A stretch of DNA of 64,000 bases from a virus (lineage: Duplodnaviria; Caudoviricetes), in the IMG/VR virus record IMGVR_UViG_3300011008_000008; one strand, written 5' to 3'. A program made the translations under genes and the position numbers. Of the stretch, positions 11,001-20,998 are shown in pieces (positions within the stretch are counted from its first letter, which is position 1; every line of letters starts with the position of its first letter). The notes beneath the pieces are model-generated. The model saw only the letters and a program-made list of their open reading frames with translations, ran no database searches and was not told the DNA's origin.

Positions 11001-14000
11001 TAAATACTCTTTCATTAGATGAAGCTTTGGCCAAAATCCAAGAACTTGAAGGAGCTATTACTACACTAACCTCAGCTGGTATTGAAATTCCTGTTAGTAT
11101 TGCTGGGCAATATGATGAGCTTCAGACATTTGTTCAAGAATATAGCGAGAAGAAAAATATTGACGTTGAAGTCAAGGTTAATGTTAGCGGAGATGCGCAA
11201 GAAAAGATTGAAGCTATCAGTAAATCCATCGACGATCTTGGCAAGAAAAAAACTACACTGGAGATTAATGCAACAGATAAGGTATCTACTGTTGTCGATG
11301 GAGCCAAGGAAAAGCTTGACAATACCGCTGAAGGCCTATACAATGCTACTGTTTCTGCTCAAACTGATAGTACGGTAGCGGCAGTTGCGAAAGCGCTCGA
11401 TGAAGCTGCCGAGGATAGAACAGCTACTATTACTACAAAATATGTCGAAGCGCCCGTAACTGGCGATGAACCAGATTATGTTGACAATACTCACATAAAT
11501 GAGGATGGCGTAACAGTCGGTTATAGTGGTGTTCTACCCTATAAAACCCGTGAGCCAGACAAAGGTAAAGACGCTGAAATAGTGCCTATTGAGCAAACGT
11601 GGCAAAATTCGCCCGCCCCGAAAAACCTTGATGTTGAAGTCGAGGCAAGCGAGGATTCCGGCGAAAAAATTGTTGAGCAAGTTCAGGACGATATAGACGA
11701 ACAGCCACCTATTGAAGAAAAGATTATAAACAATAGTGATGGAATGATCATGTTCCCTGGTGACGAGGGGTATGATATTGATGTTGATGTTAATGCATCA
11801 GATCCATCAAAACCTATTGAACAGGTTAAAGAAGCTGCCTCATCTAATCCGATTGAAATCGAGCTTACTAAAAACGACACTAATGATGCCGTTGAAGCTG
11901 CGAATAGTCTTATTGGCAAAGCTGATGAACTTGGTGTGGGTGACATGGAGGGTGGCCCAGAGTTAATCAGCAATCTAACGACTGCATATAACGAGCTTTA
12001 CCAGGCAGAAGTAAAAGCTGCGGAAGTAGCTAAGACTGGCGATAGTTCTGGTGCAACAGAAGCCGCAAGCGAATTACAGTCGGCAGCGCAATCGTATATG
12101 GATGCGTATAATTCCTTATCCGATGTATTATCGTCTGGAATAGAGCCATTAGAAGTTGATGCAGACACAGAGACGGTGTTAAGCAAAATCCAGGCTTTGG
12201 CAGATATAGACCCAACATTAGTTGTTGGTGTAAATGATGTAGCAGTCAAAGCATACCAATCTGAGAATATTGATAAGGATGCTAAGGTTAATTACGCTCT
12301 TGGTAAAACTCCTGACTATAATCCGCAAGATATAGACAGAAATCTTACTTATCACATTAAAACGGTTGGTTCGGTTTCTGGAGGTGCTGGTGCAACTGGT
12401 ACAGCTCACGCTCGTGGCACAGCGTTTAAGTCAGGAAGATGGGGAGTCCGTGGTGAAGGTGACGCATTAGGTGGTGAGACCGGCGAGGAGCTGGTGGTAA
12501 GAGATGGTAGGTTCTTTACTATAGGCACTAATGGCGCAGAATTCTTTCACTATAAAGATGGCGATATTATTTTTAATGCCTCACAGACTAAAGAACTCCT
12601 CGAAAGAGGAAAGATCATTTCTGGCAAGTCTCGTGGAAGGGTATTTGGAAGTGGCTCCGCTTATGCTGAAGGTTTGGCATTTGATGAACCTTCAATATAT
12701 GGTTCAACTAAAGATTATTCCGATAACTCTGGCAGTAGTAGCGGTAAGAAAACCTCCAAGAAGTCAAGTAGTAAAAAGTCCAGTAAATCCAGTAGCAAGA
12801 AAAAGAGTAGCAAGAGCAGCAAAGACTCCAACGACATGATGGATTGGATCGAGGTTGCCATTGACCGTGTTGAACTTGCAATCAAGAAACTTGCAAGAGT
12901 AGCCGACAGCACGTTCAAAGGACTTGCAACCCGACTATCTGCTACCAACGATGAAATAGGCGAAATCTCGAAAAAGATTTCCATTGAGCAACAGGGCTAT
13001 GATCGCTATATGCAGCAAGCGAACAGCGTTAAGCTGACCGATGCTACAAAGCAAAAGATCATGGACGGAACCATTGATATTACTCAATACTCCGATAGTC
13101 AAAAGAAGCGTATTGACGAATTCAAGAAATGGTACGACAAAGCCCAGGATTGTGCCGATGCTGTTGAAGAATTAAATGAAAATCTTGCAACGCTTTATAA
13201 CAACAAATTCGGTGCGATTTCAAAGGATGCTGACAATCAGATTAAGCTGCTGGAGCATCTGACCAACTCATTCAACGATGGCTTAGACTTGATAGAGGAG
13301 CGCGGCTATAAAGGCGGTGCTACCCTGTATGCGTCAATGCAGAATGTTGAGCGTCAGAATATCGCAGTATTCCAGAAAGAGCTTGCCGATCTAACACAAG
13401 TCATGAACGAAGCCGTCAATTCCGGCAAGATTCAGGAAGGTTCCGAAGCATGGTATGACATGCAGCAACAGATCAATTCTGTCAAAGAATCAATCCAAGA
13501 ATCCGAAACAGCCATTGTCAAATACGGCAATGCCATTCGCCAGGTCAAATGGGATTTATTTGATTACACGCAGGATAGAATTGCTACACTTACATCCGAA
13601 GCGCAATTCATGTTTGACCTAATGGAAAGATCTAAGCTGTATGACGATAACGGCAACTTCACCAGCACAGGTAAAGTGCAGGTAGGTATGACCGCGCAGA
13701 ACTATAACGTCTATATGGCACAGGCCGACATGTATGGCGATGAGGTCAAAAACATCACTGCCGAGCTTGCCAACGATCCTAATAACACCAAGCTCATTGA
13801 CCGGCGTGAAGAATTGTTGAAGCTCCAGCAAGAATCAATTTCATCCGCCGAGGATGAAAAACGCGCAATGGCTGATTTGGTTGAGGAAGGTATCAACGCG
13901 CAACTTGACGCCCTGAAGGATTTGATTGATGCCTATGAGGAGTCCCTTAGTAACGCGAAAGATTTATACGACTATCAGAAGAAGGTTAAGAATCAGACAA

Positions 14001-15178
14001 AGGAAATTGCTTCGATACAGAAACAATTATCTGCCTATCAAGGTGATACGTCCGAAGAAAACCAGGCGCGTTTACAGAAGTTGAAAGTTGATCTTTCTGA
14101 TGCAGTCGAAGATTTGCAGGACACCCAATACGACCAATATATTAAGGATCAGAAGAAACTATTGGACGGTCTGTATAGCGATTATGAGGAATTGCTGAAC
14201 AATCGTTTGGATGATATCGACGCGCTAATGCTTGAAATGATTGATTACGCAAACGCGAACGCAGTTGAGATTGGTCAAACCATTTACGATGAAGCCGCCC
14301 AAGTTGGATATACCATTACAGACAATATGAACGAAATCTGGAATAGCTACAATACAGATAATGTATTAGAGAAATATGGTGAATCTATTCTTGGACAGTT
14401 TGGGTCTGTGACCAACGTTATCAACGGAATAGTCAATCAGGTTGCTGCAATAAACAACGCTGCGAATGCAATTGCCGCGCAGGTTCAAGCGAAGGTAGCC
14501 GCGAGTGCTGCAGCTTCAACTGGTGGTAGCGCCGCCGCGATAGTATCATCACCTTCGGTAGCTGCCGCTGCATCAGGTGGACAAAAGGTTACAGTCGCAA
14601 ACGGACAATGGTGGCTGTACAAGAATGGCCCAAAGAGTGGACAGACATCTGATATTGTTCATACCGGTGAGAAGTATGAATATCTTGGTGAGGATAAAGC
14701 CTCTAACGGCGAGAAGTATACCAAGATCAGCTACAAGGGTAAAGTGCGCTGGTTCAATTCTAAAGGTAAGGGCAAGCTGGGCTATTCCCAGGGTGGCTTT
14801 ATCGCAGATCTCCAGAAGATTGCTTATCAGAACGGCGATGATATGTTGACCTTCAATACGCTAAAGCGTGGCGAAGCAGTATTGACGCCGGAGCAATCTA
14901 TACAGTTCAAGAATCTGACAGATCATTTGCCACAGTTGCAAGGCATTATAGATATGTCTGGCCATATGCAACAAATCAGATCGGGTAGCAATGCCTCCAG
15001 CGGAGAAATCAGAATCGATGTCGGAGGAATTACTACCACGGTTGAGAATGTGCAGGACTACAATGACTTCCTGCGGCAAATGAGAGACGATAAGAATTTC
15101 GAGCGCATGATCGATGCGATGACACTTGATCGCTTGGTTGGTAAATCCAGTTTGGCGAAAAAGAAGTATTTCAGTTAG
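8081..15178 (+). CDS. Tape measure protein, exon 2 (spliced product about 3092 aa)
   Basis: 2365 codons of coiled-coil TMP-like sequence, GETGEELVV motif, Ser/Lys low-complexity tract near 12.72-12.83 kb, SH3b-like segment near the C-terminus; no good RBS before the nominal TTG start. Confidence 0.88.
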   Translation, partial: LFSSFADKDGNNKVTFLGKTLSDIKGGKLFTNDKKALSEYIKALQSGQSQQEAFDSTMSGASEKAQIFAKSIDTSSESLQKYSTEVQNISAGSKLLKVGLAALNSIAVSLLASFAQWAISKVIDNVVNRVENAYNKAKKIADETATTATKSTEDSKTLDELINKYKELRSSENYGASERSQVATIQQQIVSLVGEEAAGLDLVNGNLETQLGILKQISAEKLQNAIRDQKIATDAAIEAANATPSLNKTLMAHNAYKGNRNDEAAAALTKHGIYNVGGPFSFVNDFINGFRIDDGTDNGATLMTRLNFLKRVRSALESEITDFQSNDVWVGVSKQISAYDAELSKVTTEVNKQMQLLTMEAMQSNGDLESIAKDTADGFEQYVDIIVSQVSKSGWFDDYIDQGFIDLDSIRDYVITQLSSIEDFSAGRDKWNKENRKNDILDSIFGAGSLGRAKSQTVGEISKFIDSLPDEDLEIAYTVALDKQSEIETVDQFKELIDKAKEDALNADSISFNEFVSSDTIKNDLEPILKEYQEIAAARKKLQSGEATESDLIYEHPSWAKYAGNLEAGLIDHAEELKKKAETEIGKIVITPEIDEDGTDNIAAFETWRDSFLKQFEEEGVITLPIDIDAETTGMNNVMSAIKSSVSETGLAADQVEKLKERYKGLTDAGDSLNNLFDRTTSGIHLNTDALRELEDAYQKQLTDKVSVDLEKQRRLYQELTESINNAGDADTSGLEAQRAAAANAIRELESLSAQLAGVTSKYNKWKQARSGGEEGDAYVDTTSQLKDLQEQRKKGLVGTNEFRSAVEFMAGGVEDVDLSTASVDQLVAAYDKAYPKMQRYFTESNKGTQNFLKDLEKAGKASKDAEGVWSFDFGEDGMQGVVDDLGISAEAIYQILGRLKDYGAEVHLESLFPDIDLQADNIADAITEVDEKIQQVKQDIADGKVSEEAGNEQIEKYNEAKEALQNMDVGAEVNTLSLDEALAKIQELEGAITTLTSAGIEIPVSIAGQYDELQTFVQEYSEKKNIDVEVKVNVSGDAQEKIEAISKSIDDLGKKKTTLEINATDKVSTVVDGAKEKLDNTAEGLYNATVSAQTDSTVAAVAKALDEAAEDRTATITTKYVEAPVTGDEPDYVDNTHINEDGVTVGYSGVLPYKTREPDKGKDAEIVPIEQTWQNSPAPKNLDVEVEASEDSGEKIVEQVQDDIDEQPPIEEKIINNSDGMIMFPGDEGYDIDVDVNASDPSKPIEQVKEAASSNPIEIELTKNDTNDAVEAANSLIGKADELGVGDMEGGPELISNLTTAYNELYQAEVKAAEVAKTGDSSGATEAASELQSAAQSYMDAYNSLSDVLSSGIEPLEVDADTETVLSKIQALADIDPTLVVGVNDVAVKAYQSENIDKDAKVNYALGKTPDYNPQDIDRNLTYHIKTVGSVSGGAGATGTAHARGTAFKSGRWGVRGEGDALGGETGEELVVRDGRFFTIGTNGAEFFHYKDGDIIFNASQTKELLERGKIISGKSRGRVFGSGSAYAEGLAFDEPSIYGSTKDYSDNSGSSSGKKTSKKSSSKKSSKSSSKKKSSKSSKDSNDMMDWIEVAIDRVELAIKKLARVADSTFKGLATRLSATNDEIGEISKKISIEQQGYDRYMQQANSVKLTDATKQKIMDGTIDITQYSDSQKKRIDEFKKWYDKAQDCADAVEELNENLATLYNNKFGAISKDADNQIKLLEHLTNSFNDGLDLIEERGYKGGATLYASMQNVERQNIAVFQKELADLTQVMNEAVNSGKIQEGSEAWYDMQQQINSVKESIQESETAIVKYGNAIRQVKWDLFDYTQDRIATLTSEAQFMFDLMERSKLYDDNGNFTSTGKVQVGMTAQNYNVYMAQADMYGDEVKNITAELANDPNNTKLIDRREELLKLQQESISSAEDEKRAMADLVEEGINAQLDALKDLIDAYEESLSNAKDLYDYQKKVKNQTKEIASIQKQLSAYQGDTSEENQARLQKLKVDLSDAVEDLQDTQYDQYIKDQKKLLDGLYSDYEELLNNRLDDIDALMLEMIDYANANAVEIGQTIYDEAAQVGYTITDNMNEIWNSYNTDNVLEKYGESILGQFGSVTNVINGIVNQVAAINNAANAIAAQVQAKVAASAAASTGGSAAAIVSSPSVAAAASGGQKVTVANGQWWLYKNGPKSGQTSDIVHTGEKYEYLGEDKASNGEKYTKISYKGKVRWFNSKGKGKLGYSQGGFIADLQKIAYQNGDDMLTFNTLKRGEAVLTPEQSIQFKNLTDHLPQLQGIIDMSGHMQQIRSGSNASSGEIRIDVGGITTTVENVQDYNDFLRQMRDDKNFERMIDAMTLDRLVGKSSLAKKKYFS

Positions 15179-15208
15179 TGTGGAGGGAGATAATCTCTCC
15201 ACACTTTA
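15177..15208 (+). terminator. Hairpin after TMP, possible terminator
   Basis: AGTGTGGAG-GGAGA..TCTC-TCCACACT stem followed by a short T run. Confidence 0.4.
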
Positions 15209-15220
15209 GGATGTGAAAAG

Positions 15221-15511
15221 ATGTTTAATACGAAACCAGAACGACGCCTTGAATTATTACAAAGGCGATATGATAAGCTTGCTTCAAAACATGAAGTATT
15301 GAAAAAAGAGAAAAAGGAATTAGAGAATGAGCTTGCTATTTATAAAGAAAAACTTGAAAGCTCTGAAAATACCTATGAGGAATTAAAGGCGGCAATTCAA
15401 GAAGCCAGACAGATTCAGGCAGAATATAAGAAAGCCTATGATGATCTTGTTGCAACAAAAAATAAATATACCTCAGAGGTAAAGGCATTGATTAAAGAAA
15501 TTAAGCATTGA
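15221..15511 (+). CDS. Hypothetical coiled-coil protein
   Basis: 96-aa Lys/Glu-rich ORF. Confidence 0.55.
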   Translation: MFNTKPERRLELLQRRYDKLASKHEVLKKEKKELENELAIYKEKLESSENTYEELKAAIQEARQIQAEYKKAYDDLVATKNKYTSEVKALIKEIKH

Positions 15512-15575
15512 ATTGTTCGCATAATATGATTCAATGATGCAAATACAATTATATTATGAAAAGGAACGATGATAA

Positions 15576-16385
15576 ATGTATGCATTAGATTTTGAATATG
15601 ATGGCCAGTTGTTAAGCAACTTCGGATTTATGATATGTGAGTTTGACGGATCATATGGTGTTGATATGCTGGAAACAGGATTTAATATCACATTCGACAA
15701 AGCATCTCGCAACAACGGCAAAAAGAATAGCTTGATAAGTTCGCATTACGATGAATGTTATACTACGTCATTTCACATTTGCAAAGACCCAAACAAGTAT
15801 GATGATTTAAAAATATCGAGTGACGAATATAGAGAATTGGTTCGTTGGTTAGGGCGTAGTGAGTTTTTGAAATTCAGGATTATCAATGAAGATGATATTG
15901 GCTGTGCGCCATGTTATTATAACGCCAGTTTCAATTTTCAAAAGATAACCATCAACGACATTCTATATGGGCTTGCATTAACAATGCAGACAGACGCTCC
16001 ATTTGGTTATGGCGATCCTTACGAGAATACTTGGGAGGTCGAAGCCGGAGCAACGATTAAGTTTGACGATCAATCAGATGAAATAGGATTGATTAATCCA
16101 GAAATCACAGTAGTTTGTAAAGCAACTGGCGACCTGGTAATTACCAACACAAGTTTTGCAAGTTCTATGATAATCAATAATTGCAGCGTTGGAGAAGTAA
16201 TTAGCATAAGCGGTGATGCGCAAATAATCACAACCAGCTTTCCATCTCATAAGATATTCAATGATTTCAACTATGAATTTCTCGCCATTGGCAATAATTA
16301 TGATAACAGAACTAACGTTATTAGTTTTTCACAACCATGTACTTTTACTATAAAATACAATCCTATTATTACAGGAATAATATAG
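15576..16385 (+). CDS. Distal tail protein (Dit-like)
   Basis: 269 aa after TMP; N-terminal DFEYDGQLLSNFG and later TDAPFGYG pattern typical of Dit. Confidence 0.7.
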   Translation: MYALDFEYDGQLLSNFGFMICEFDGSYGVDMLETGFNITFDKASRNNGKKNSLISSHYDECYTTSFHICKDPNKYDDLKISSDEYRELVRWLGRSEFLKFRIINEDDIGCAPCYYNASFNFQKITINDILYGLALTMQTDAPFGYGDPYENTWEVEAGATIKFDDQSDEIGLINPEITVVCKATGDLVITNTSFASSMIINNCSVGEVISISGDAQIITTSFPSHKIFNDFNYEFLAIGNNYDNRTNVISFSQPCTFTIKYNPIITGII

Positions 16386-16410
16386 ATTCTAAGAAGAAGG
16401 TGAATTATGT

Positions 16411-19400
16411 TTGGCCGTAAAAATTAAATTTGACAATAATCGCATCCCGCTACAACCAACATTTGTATTGGCAAATAAAAACGGGAATAAGCTTGGCTGT
16501 ATCCCTGCAAAGAACATAAGTTTTGCGGACAAGTTTAATAGCGCCTCCGAGTTGCAGTTTAAAGTATACAAAGAGGAAAGCGGCGTTGTTTGTCCTCTTT
16601 GGGATGAGATTATTGACTTTAAATTGGTTTGGTGTCCTGAATGGGATGAATGGTTTGAAATTCATGTTGAAGTAAATGAAAGCAACAGTATAGTTAAAAA
16701 TGTTTCTGCCATGTCGGTTGGAGAATCAGAGCTATCCCAAATCAACCTTTATAATATTGAGATTAACACAGAAACAGACATTTCGAGAGATGATTATGTC
16801 GTAACTGTTCTTTATGATGATGAAAACCCCAAAGCTTCATTATTGAACAGGATCACAGAGAAAGCACCACATTATGGAATAGGGCATATAGATAGTACCA
16901 TCGCCGATATACAGCGCACGTTTACCTTTGATGAAGTAAGCATTCTGGACGCGCTTTATCAAATCGGTGAGGAAATTGGCTGCATCTTTATTATTGATTC
17001 TGGCACGTCTGCCGATGGCAAGATTGCCCGAACAATAAATGTATACGACCTGCAATCCTATTGCTATGACTGCGGATACAGGAATGTGTTTACCGGCGCT
17101 TGTCCGAAGTGTGGGAGTGATAACGTTTCCTATGGATACGGGCAGGATACAAACGTATATATTTCAAGGGAAAATCTGACGGATGAAATCACATATACAT
17201 CCGATACAGATTCAGTCAAGAATTGCTTCCGCCTGGTTGGTGGTGACGATCTTATGACCGCCACGATTGCGAATTGTAATCCCAATGGCGGAGGTTATTT
17301 GTGGTATTTTTCAGATGAAATGAAAGAGGATATGTCCGATGAGCTTCGAGCAAAGATAGAGGAATATGACAAAGAATACCAGGAATATGTCAATAACCGC
17401 GAGTATGTTTTTCCCGCCGAGTTGGTTACAAAATATAACGAGCTGGCGAGCAATGAATTGTATAAAACAGTTAAGCCCACTCTAAAGACGATATCCAATC
17501 CTATCGTTGGCTATTCTGGCTTGATGCAAATCTATTATGACACCATTGATTTTGAAATGCTGTTGAGATATGATTTGATGCCGTCCATAGAACTATCTGG
17601 AACGACTGCCCAACAGGAGCTTGCGAAGCTGACGAGCGAAGCCCTCTCCCCCGTCGCCGTTGCGAATCTGTTAACGTGCTCATCTTCGACGGCAACAAGC
17701 GCTGTATTAAATGTTGCGAAGCAAATTGTCAGATCAGATTACCAAGTAAAGGTTGAATCAAGTTCGTTTAGCGGCGAAATATGGAACGGAAAGTTTATAG
17801 TTACAAACTATTCCGATGATGAAGATACCGCTACTAATGATGAAAATATCACAGTTACTATTTCTGGCGATCAGCGCGAATATCTTGAACAGCGAATGGA
17901 AAAGGTGTTAGCGGGTAAAAGAGAGGATATAAATGATATTGTCAGTATCTTTAAACTGAACTCTGATGATTTTAGAAATGAAGAAGTCAAGAAATATAGT
18001 CTTTCTTGTTTGGAATCTATGAGAGATAGTTGTCAATCCTGTTTAGATATACTTATTGAGAATGGCATCGCTGACAGTCAATCGCAAGATGATCCATCAA
18101 TATCCCGATTATATAATTCATTATATTTGCCATACTTTGAAAAGCTGAATATTTTAATTGAAGAAGTTGCTATACGCGAAAGTGAGCTGGCGACAATTGT
18201 TGGAGAGTATGACGAGAATGGCGGTATATTAACCGAGGGTATGCAAACCGCTATTCAGGATATCAATTCAGAAGTACAATCTTATCTTGATTTTGAAAAA
18301 TATCTCGGTCATGATTTTGTTTCTGAACTTGCCGCATATCGCAGAGAAGATAAATACCAAAACGATAACTTCATTTCAGACGGCCTTGACAACCAGGAAA
18401 TATTTTCAAGAGCGCTTGAGTTTATCGAACTTGCAAAGACGGAGATATATAAGTCGGCAACATTGCAGCATTCCATATCATCCACGCTAAAGAATCTTCT
18501 TGTTATGAAGGAGTTTACACCCATCGTAGATACCTTTGAGGTTGGAAACTGGTTGACTATTCGCGTTGGCGATAAGTCATATAGGCTTAGACTTACATCT
18601 TATGAAATAGATTTTGAGGATTTGACAACGCTTAATGTCGAGTTTTCGGATGTAGTGGAAACAGTATTTGGCGCAAGCGATGTAGAAAGCATTTTAAAAA
18701 GAGCTTCATCTATGTCCTCTGCATTTGGTTATGTGAAGCGTCAAGCGCATCGTGGCGAACAGTCACATGAACAGCTTTCCGATTATATGGAAAAGGGATT
18801 GGCACTAACTCAAATGAAGATCGTGAGCAATCCAGAAAATCAAAATGTCACTATGGATCACCACGGTTTGTTATGCAGAGAAAAATCAGAATACGAGGAT
18901 GAATACGACGAACGCCAATTAAAGATTATCAATAAGGGATTGTATTTGACAGATGATGGATGGAGAACCGCTAAATCCGGTATAGGTCAATTCATTTATT
19001 ACGACCCTAACGATGAAGAAAATCATTATAAGGTCAAATATGGCGTGATTGCAGATGTGCTGATTGCCCCACTAATTTTGTCGGAAGATGTTGGAGTTTA
19101 TAATCTCAACAATACTATAAGACTAAATAATAACGGTTTGACGATTATATCCAAGAATGACGATGATACTTCAAAGCAGACTGTTTTTAAATTACAAAAA
19201 GCAAAAACGGTTGATGGCGAAGAAGTCATTACAGATGTTATATTCTTTGATGATAATGGTAACGCCCATTTTGAAGGATTACTGGATGCATCGAATATAC
19301 AAAGCGGAGATTTGCTGGCGGATAGAATTAAAGGTGGTATATTATCGCTTGGTGGAGTAGATAATGATAATGGCATTATTTATATGTTTGATTCTGCTAA

Positions 19401-20352
19401 AAAGTTAATTGGTATTTGGGATAATAATGGCATTAGATTTGGATTAAATGGCATTGATTTGAGAGAAGATAATTGCCAATATGCTCAGTTTAATTCTTCT
19501 GGCTTTAAGCTTTCATTAGAAAATGGCGAAGTTGCAACTGGTTTATATGGAATTGGCAATACAGAATACTCATGTCTTTTGGTGCAAAACAGTTATGATC
19601 GATCAGTCATTCTTCCTCAATTAATGCGTGTTGAATCACGATCAAGAGAAACAGGTTCATATGCGGGTGTTTACTTTGAGGCAAATAACGATGATTGTGT
19701 ATTGGATTGTTCTATTACAGATGATTGGAGCGAAGAAATACACGCCTTTAGAATGTGGAAAAGTGATCCGGATGGAAATGTACCAGATGGTTCGATCACA
19801 TATAGTGGCAGACGGGGTGTACATGATACAAAAAGTGGCGGAGTAGTTATGACAGTATCTGATGACGGATTACATTTGTCTGGTTCGTTTTATGTTGATG
19901 GTGGGAACATTAATAAATATCGTGTCATGTCAACAGAACAATATTCAAAACGTCTTTTGTCAGCTTATGAAACACCAACCCCGATGTTCGGAGATGTTGG
20001 TGAAGCGACTATTGGCGAAGATGGAAGGTGCTATGTTTGGTTGGATGCTATTTTTGCGCAGATGATTTCTACAGATCAATATCAAGTCTTTTTGCAGAGA
20101 TACGGAGATGGAGATTGCTATGTCACTGATCGTAACCCCAATTATTTTGTAGTCGCCGGAAGTCCTGGGCTACAATTTGGATGGGAAATTAAGGCTAAAC
20201 AACGAGACTTTGATCAAAAACGTCTCGAAAAATATGAAAAGCAATTTAAGGTTAGTCCACAAACATACGATATACAAGCGATAAAACATATCGAGGAATT
20301 GAAGGAAGGAAGAATAGAATATGAAAGTGATAACGAGTGTAACAATATTTAA
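16411..20352 (+). CDS. Tail spike / Tal-like baseplate hub protein
   Basis: 1313 aa after Dit; internal zinc-finger (CYDC..CPKC); C-terminal YETPTPMFGDVG..WEIKAKQ domain seen at the end of phage tail proteins. Confidence 0.7.
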   Translation: MAVKIKFDNNRIPLQPTFVLANKNGNKLGCIPAKNISFADKFNSASELQFKVYKEESGVVCPLWDEIIDFKLVWCPEWDEWFEIHVEVNESNSIVKNVSAMSVGESELSQINLYNIEINTETDISRDDYVVTVLYDDENPKASLLNRITEKAPHYGIGHIDSTIADIQRTFTFDEVSILDALYQIGEEIGCIFIIDSGTSADGKIARTINVYDLQSYCYDCGYRNVFTGACPKCGSDNVSYGYGQDTNVYISRENLTDEITYTSDTDSVKNCFRLVGGDDLMTATIANCNPNGGGYLWYFSDEMKEDMSDELRAKIEEYDKEYQEYVNNREYVFPAELVTKYNELASNELYKTVKPTLKTISNPIVGYSGLMQIYYDTIDFEMLLRYDLMPSIELSGTTAQQELAKLTSEALSPVAVANLLTCSSSTATSAVLNVAKQIVRSDYQVKVESSSFSGEIWNGKFIVTNYSDDEDTATNDENITVTISGDQREYLEQRMEKVLAGKREDINDIVSIFKLNSDDFRNEEVKKYSLSCLESMRDSCQSCLDILIENGIADSQSQDDPSISRLYNSLYLPYFEKLNILIEEVAIRESELATIVGEYDENGGILTEGMQTAIQDINSEVQSYLDFEKYLGHDFVSELAAYRREDKYQNDNFISDGLDNQEIFSRALEFIELAKTEIYKSATLQHSISSTLKNLLVMKEFTPIVDTFEVGNWLTIRVGDKSYRLRLTSYEIDFEDLTTLNVEFSDVVETVFGASDVESILKRASSMSSAFGYVKRQAHRGEQSHEQLSDYMEKGLALTQMKIVSNPENQNVTMDHHGLLCREKSEYEDEYDERQLKIINKGLYLTDDGWRTAKSGIGQFIYYDPNDEENHYKVKYGVIADVLIAPLILSEDVGVYNLNNTIRLNNNGLTIISKNDDDTSKQTVFKLQKAKTVDGEEVITDVIFFDDNGNAHFEGLLDASNIQSGDLLADRIKGGILSLGGVDNDNGIIYMFDSAKKLIGIWDNNGIRFGLNGIDLREDNCQYAQFNSSGFKLSLENGEVATGLYGIGNTEYSCLLVQNSYDRSVILPQLMRVESRSRETGSYAGVYFEANNDDCVLDCSITDDWSEEIHAFRMWKSDPDGNVPDGSITYSGRRGVHDTKSGGVVMTVSDDGLHLSGSFYVDGGNINKYRVMSTEQYSKRLLSAYETPTPMFGDVGEATIGEDGRCYVWLDAIFAQMISTDQYQVFLQRYGDGDCYVTDRNPNYFVVAGSPGLQFGWEIKAKQRDFDQKRLEKYEKQFKVSPQTYDIQAIKHIEELKEGRIEYESDNECNNI

Positions 20353-20515
20353 TGACGCTATTGGCATGAGGATGTCAGCGACCTATTCAGAAATTGATGA
20401 TTCAACTGGTCGCGTGATTAGTGACAACAATCGTTTTGACAGAGTTGTTACCGATAAGACCGCCAAGGAAAATGGAAACGCATTGCTGGAATATGCAGGA
20501 ACATCCCTTGACTAA
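20321..20515 (+). CDS. Hypothetical small tail-associated protein
   Basis: 64-aa ORF overlapping the end of Tal, AGGAAG RBS. Confidence 0.55.
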   Translation: MKVITSVTIFNDAIGMRMSATYSEIDDSTGRVISDNNRFDRVVTDKTAKENGNALLEYAGTSLD

Positions 20516-20585
20516 AGGATAGTGAGATTTTGCGAACAAAACGCGCAAAAGATAACGCACAGTTATATTTACACAGGAGGCTACT

Positions 20586-20984
20586 ATGAACATTTTAATA
20601 GGCATTAATCGGTTTTTGAATATTATCAATGAGAACTGGACTACCATCGTTGTGATGATTGGACTGGTTGTAGGGATTTATCAGAAGATTCGTTCTTACT
20701 TGCAGTACAGCAAGGAAGAGCGCGTTGCAATTGCCAAGGCTCAGATCCGCGAAAGCATACTAAGCATGATTACCAAGGCCGAACTTGATTTCGCTGATTG
20801 GAATCAGGCTGGCAGCATCAAGCGTTCGCAGGTCATTCAGCAAATCTATACCGAGTATCCGATACTGTCCAAGGTCATTGACCAGAATGCCCTTATCGGT
20901 TGGATAGATGATGAAATCAATCAGTCTCTAAAGACATTGGTTGAAGTTACTGCAAATAATGAAGATAAAGCGGCTCTTGAATAA
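20586..20984 (+). CDS. Holin-like membrane protein
   Basis: Single N-terminal TM helix, GSIKRSQV motif resembling LL-H-type holins, AGGAGG RBS. Confidence 0.5.
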   Translation: MNILIGINRFLNIINENWTTIVVMIGLVVGIYQKIRSYLQYSKEERVAIAKAQIRESILSMITKAELDFADWNQAGSIKRSQVIQQIYTEYPILSKVIDQNALIGWIDDEINQSLKTLVEVTANNEDKAALE

Positions 20985-20998
20985 AAGAGCTGCTTTAT

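Noticed and set aside
12721-12830. Tandem repeat element
   Set aside because: Simply encodes a Ser/Lys low-complexity linker within TMP
5109-15178. Two independent TMP genes or a broken TMP pseudogene
   Set aside because: P1, P10 and P9.0 pairings define an intron whose removal fuses the ORFs exactly in frame
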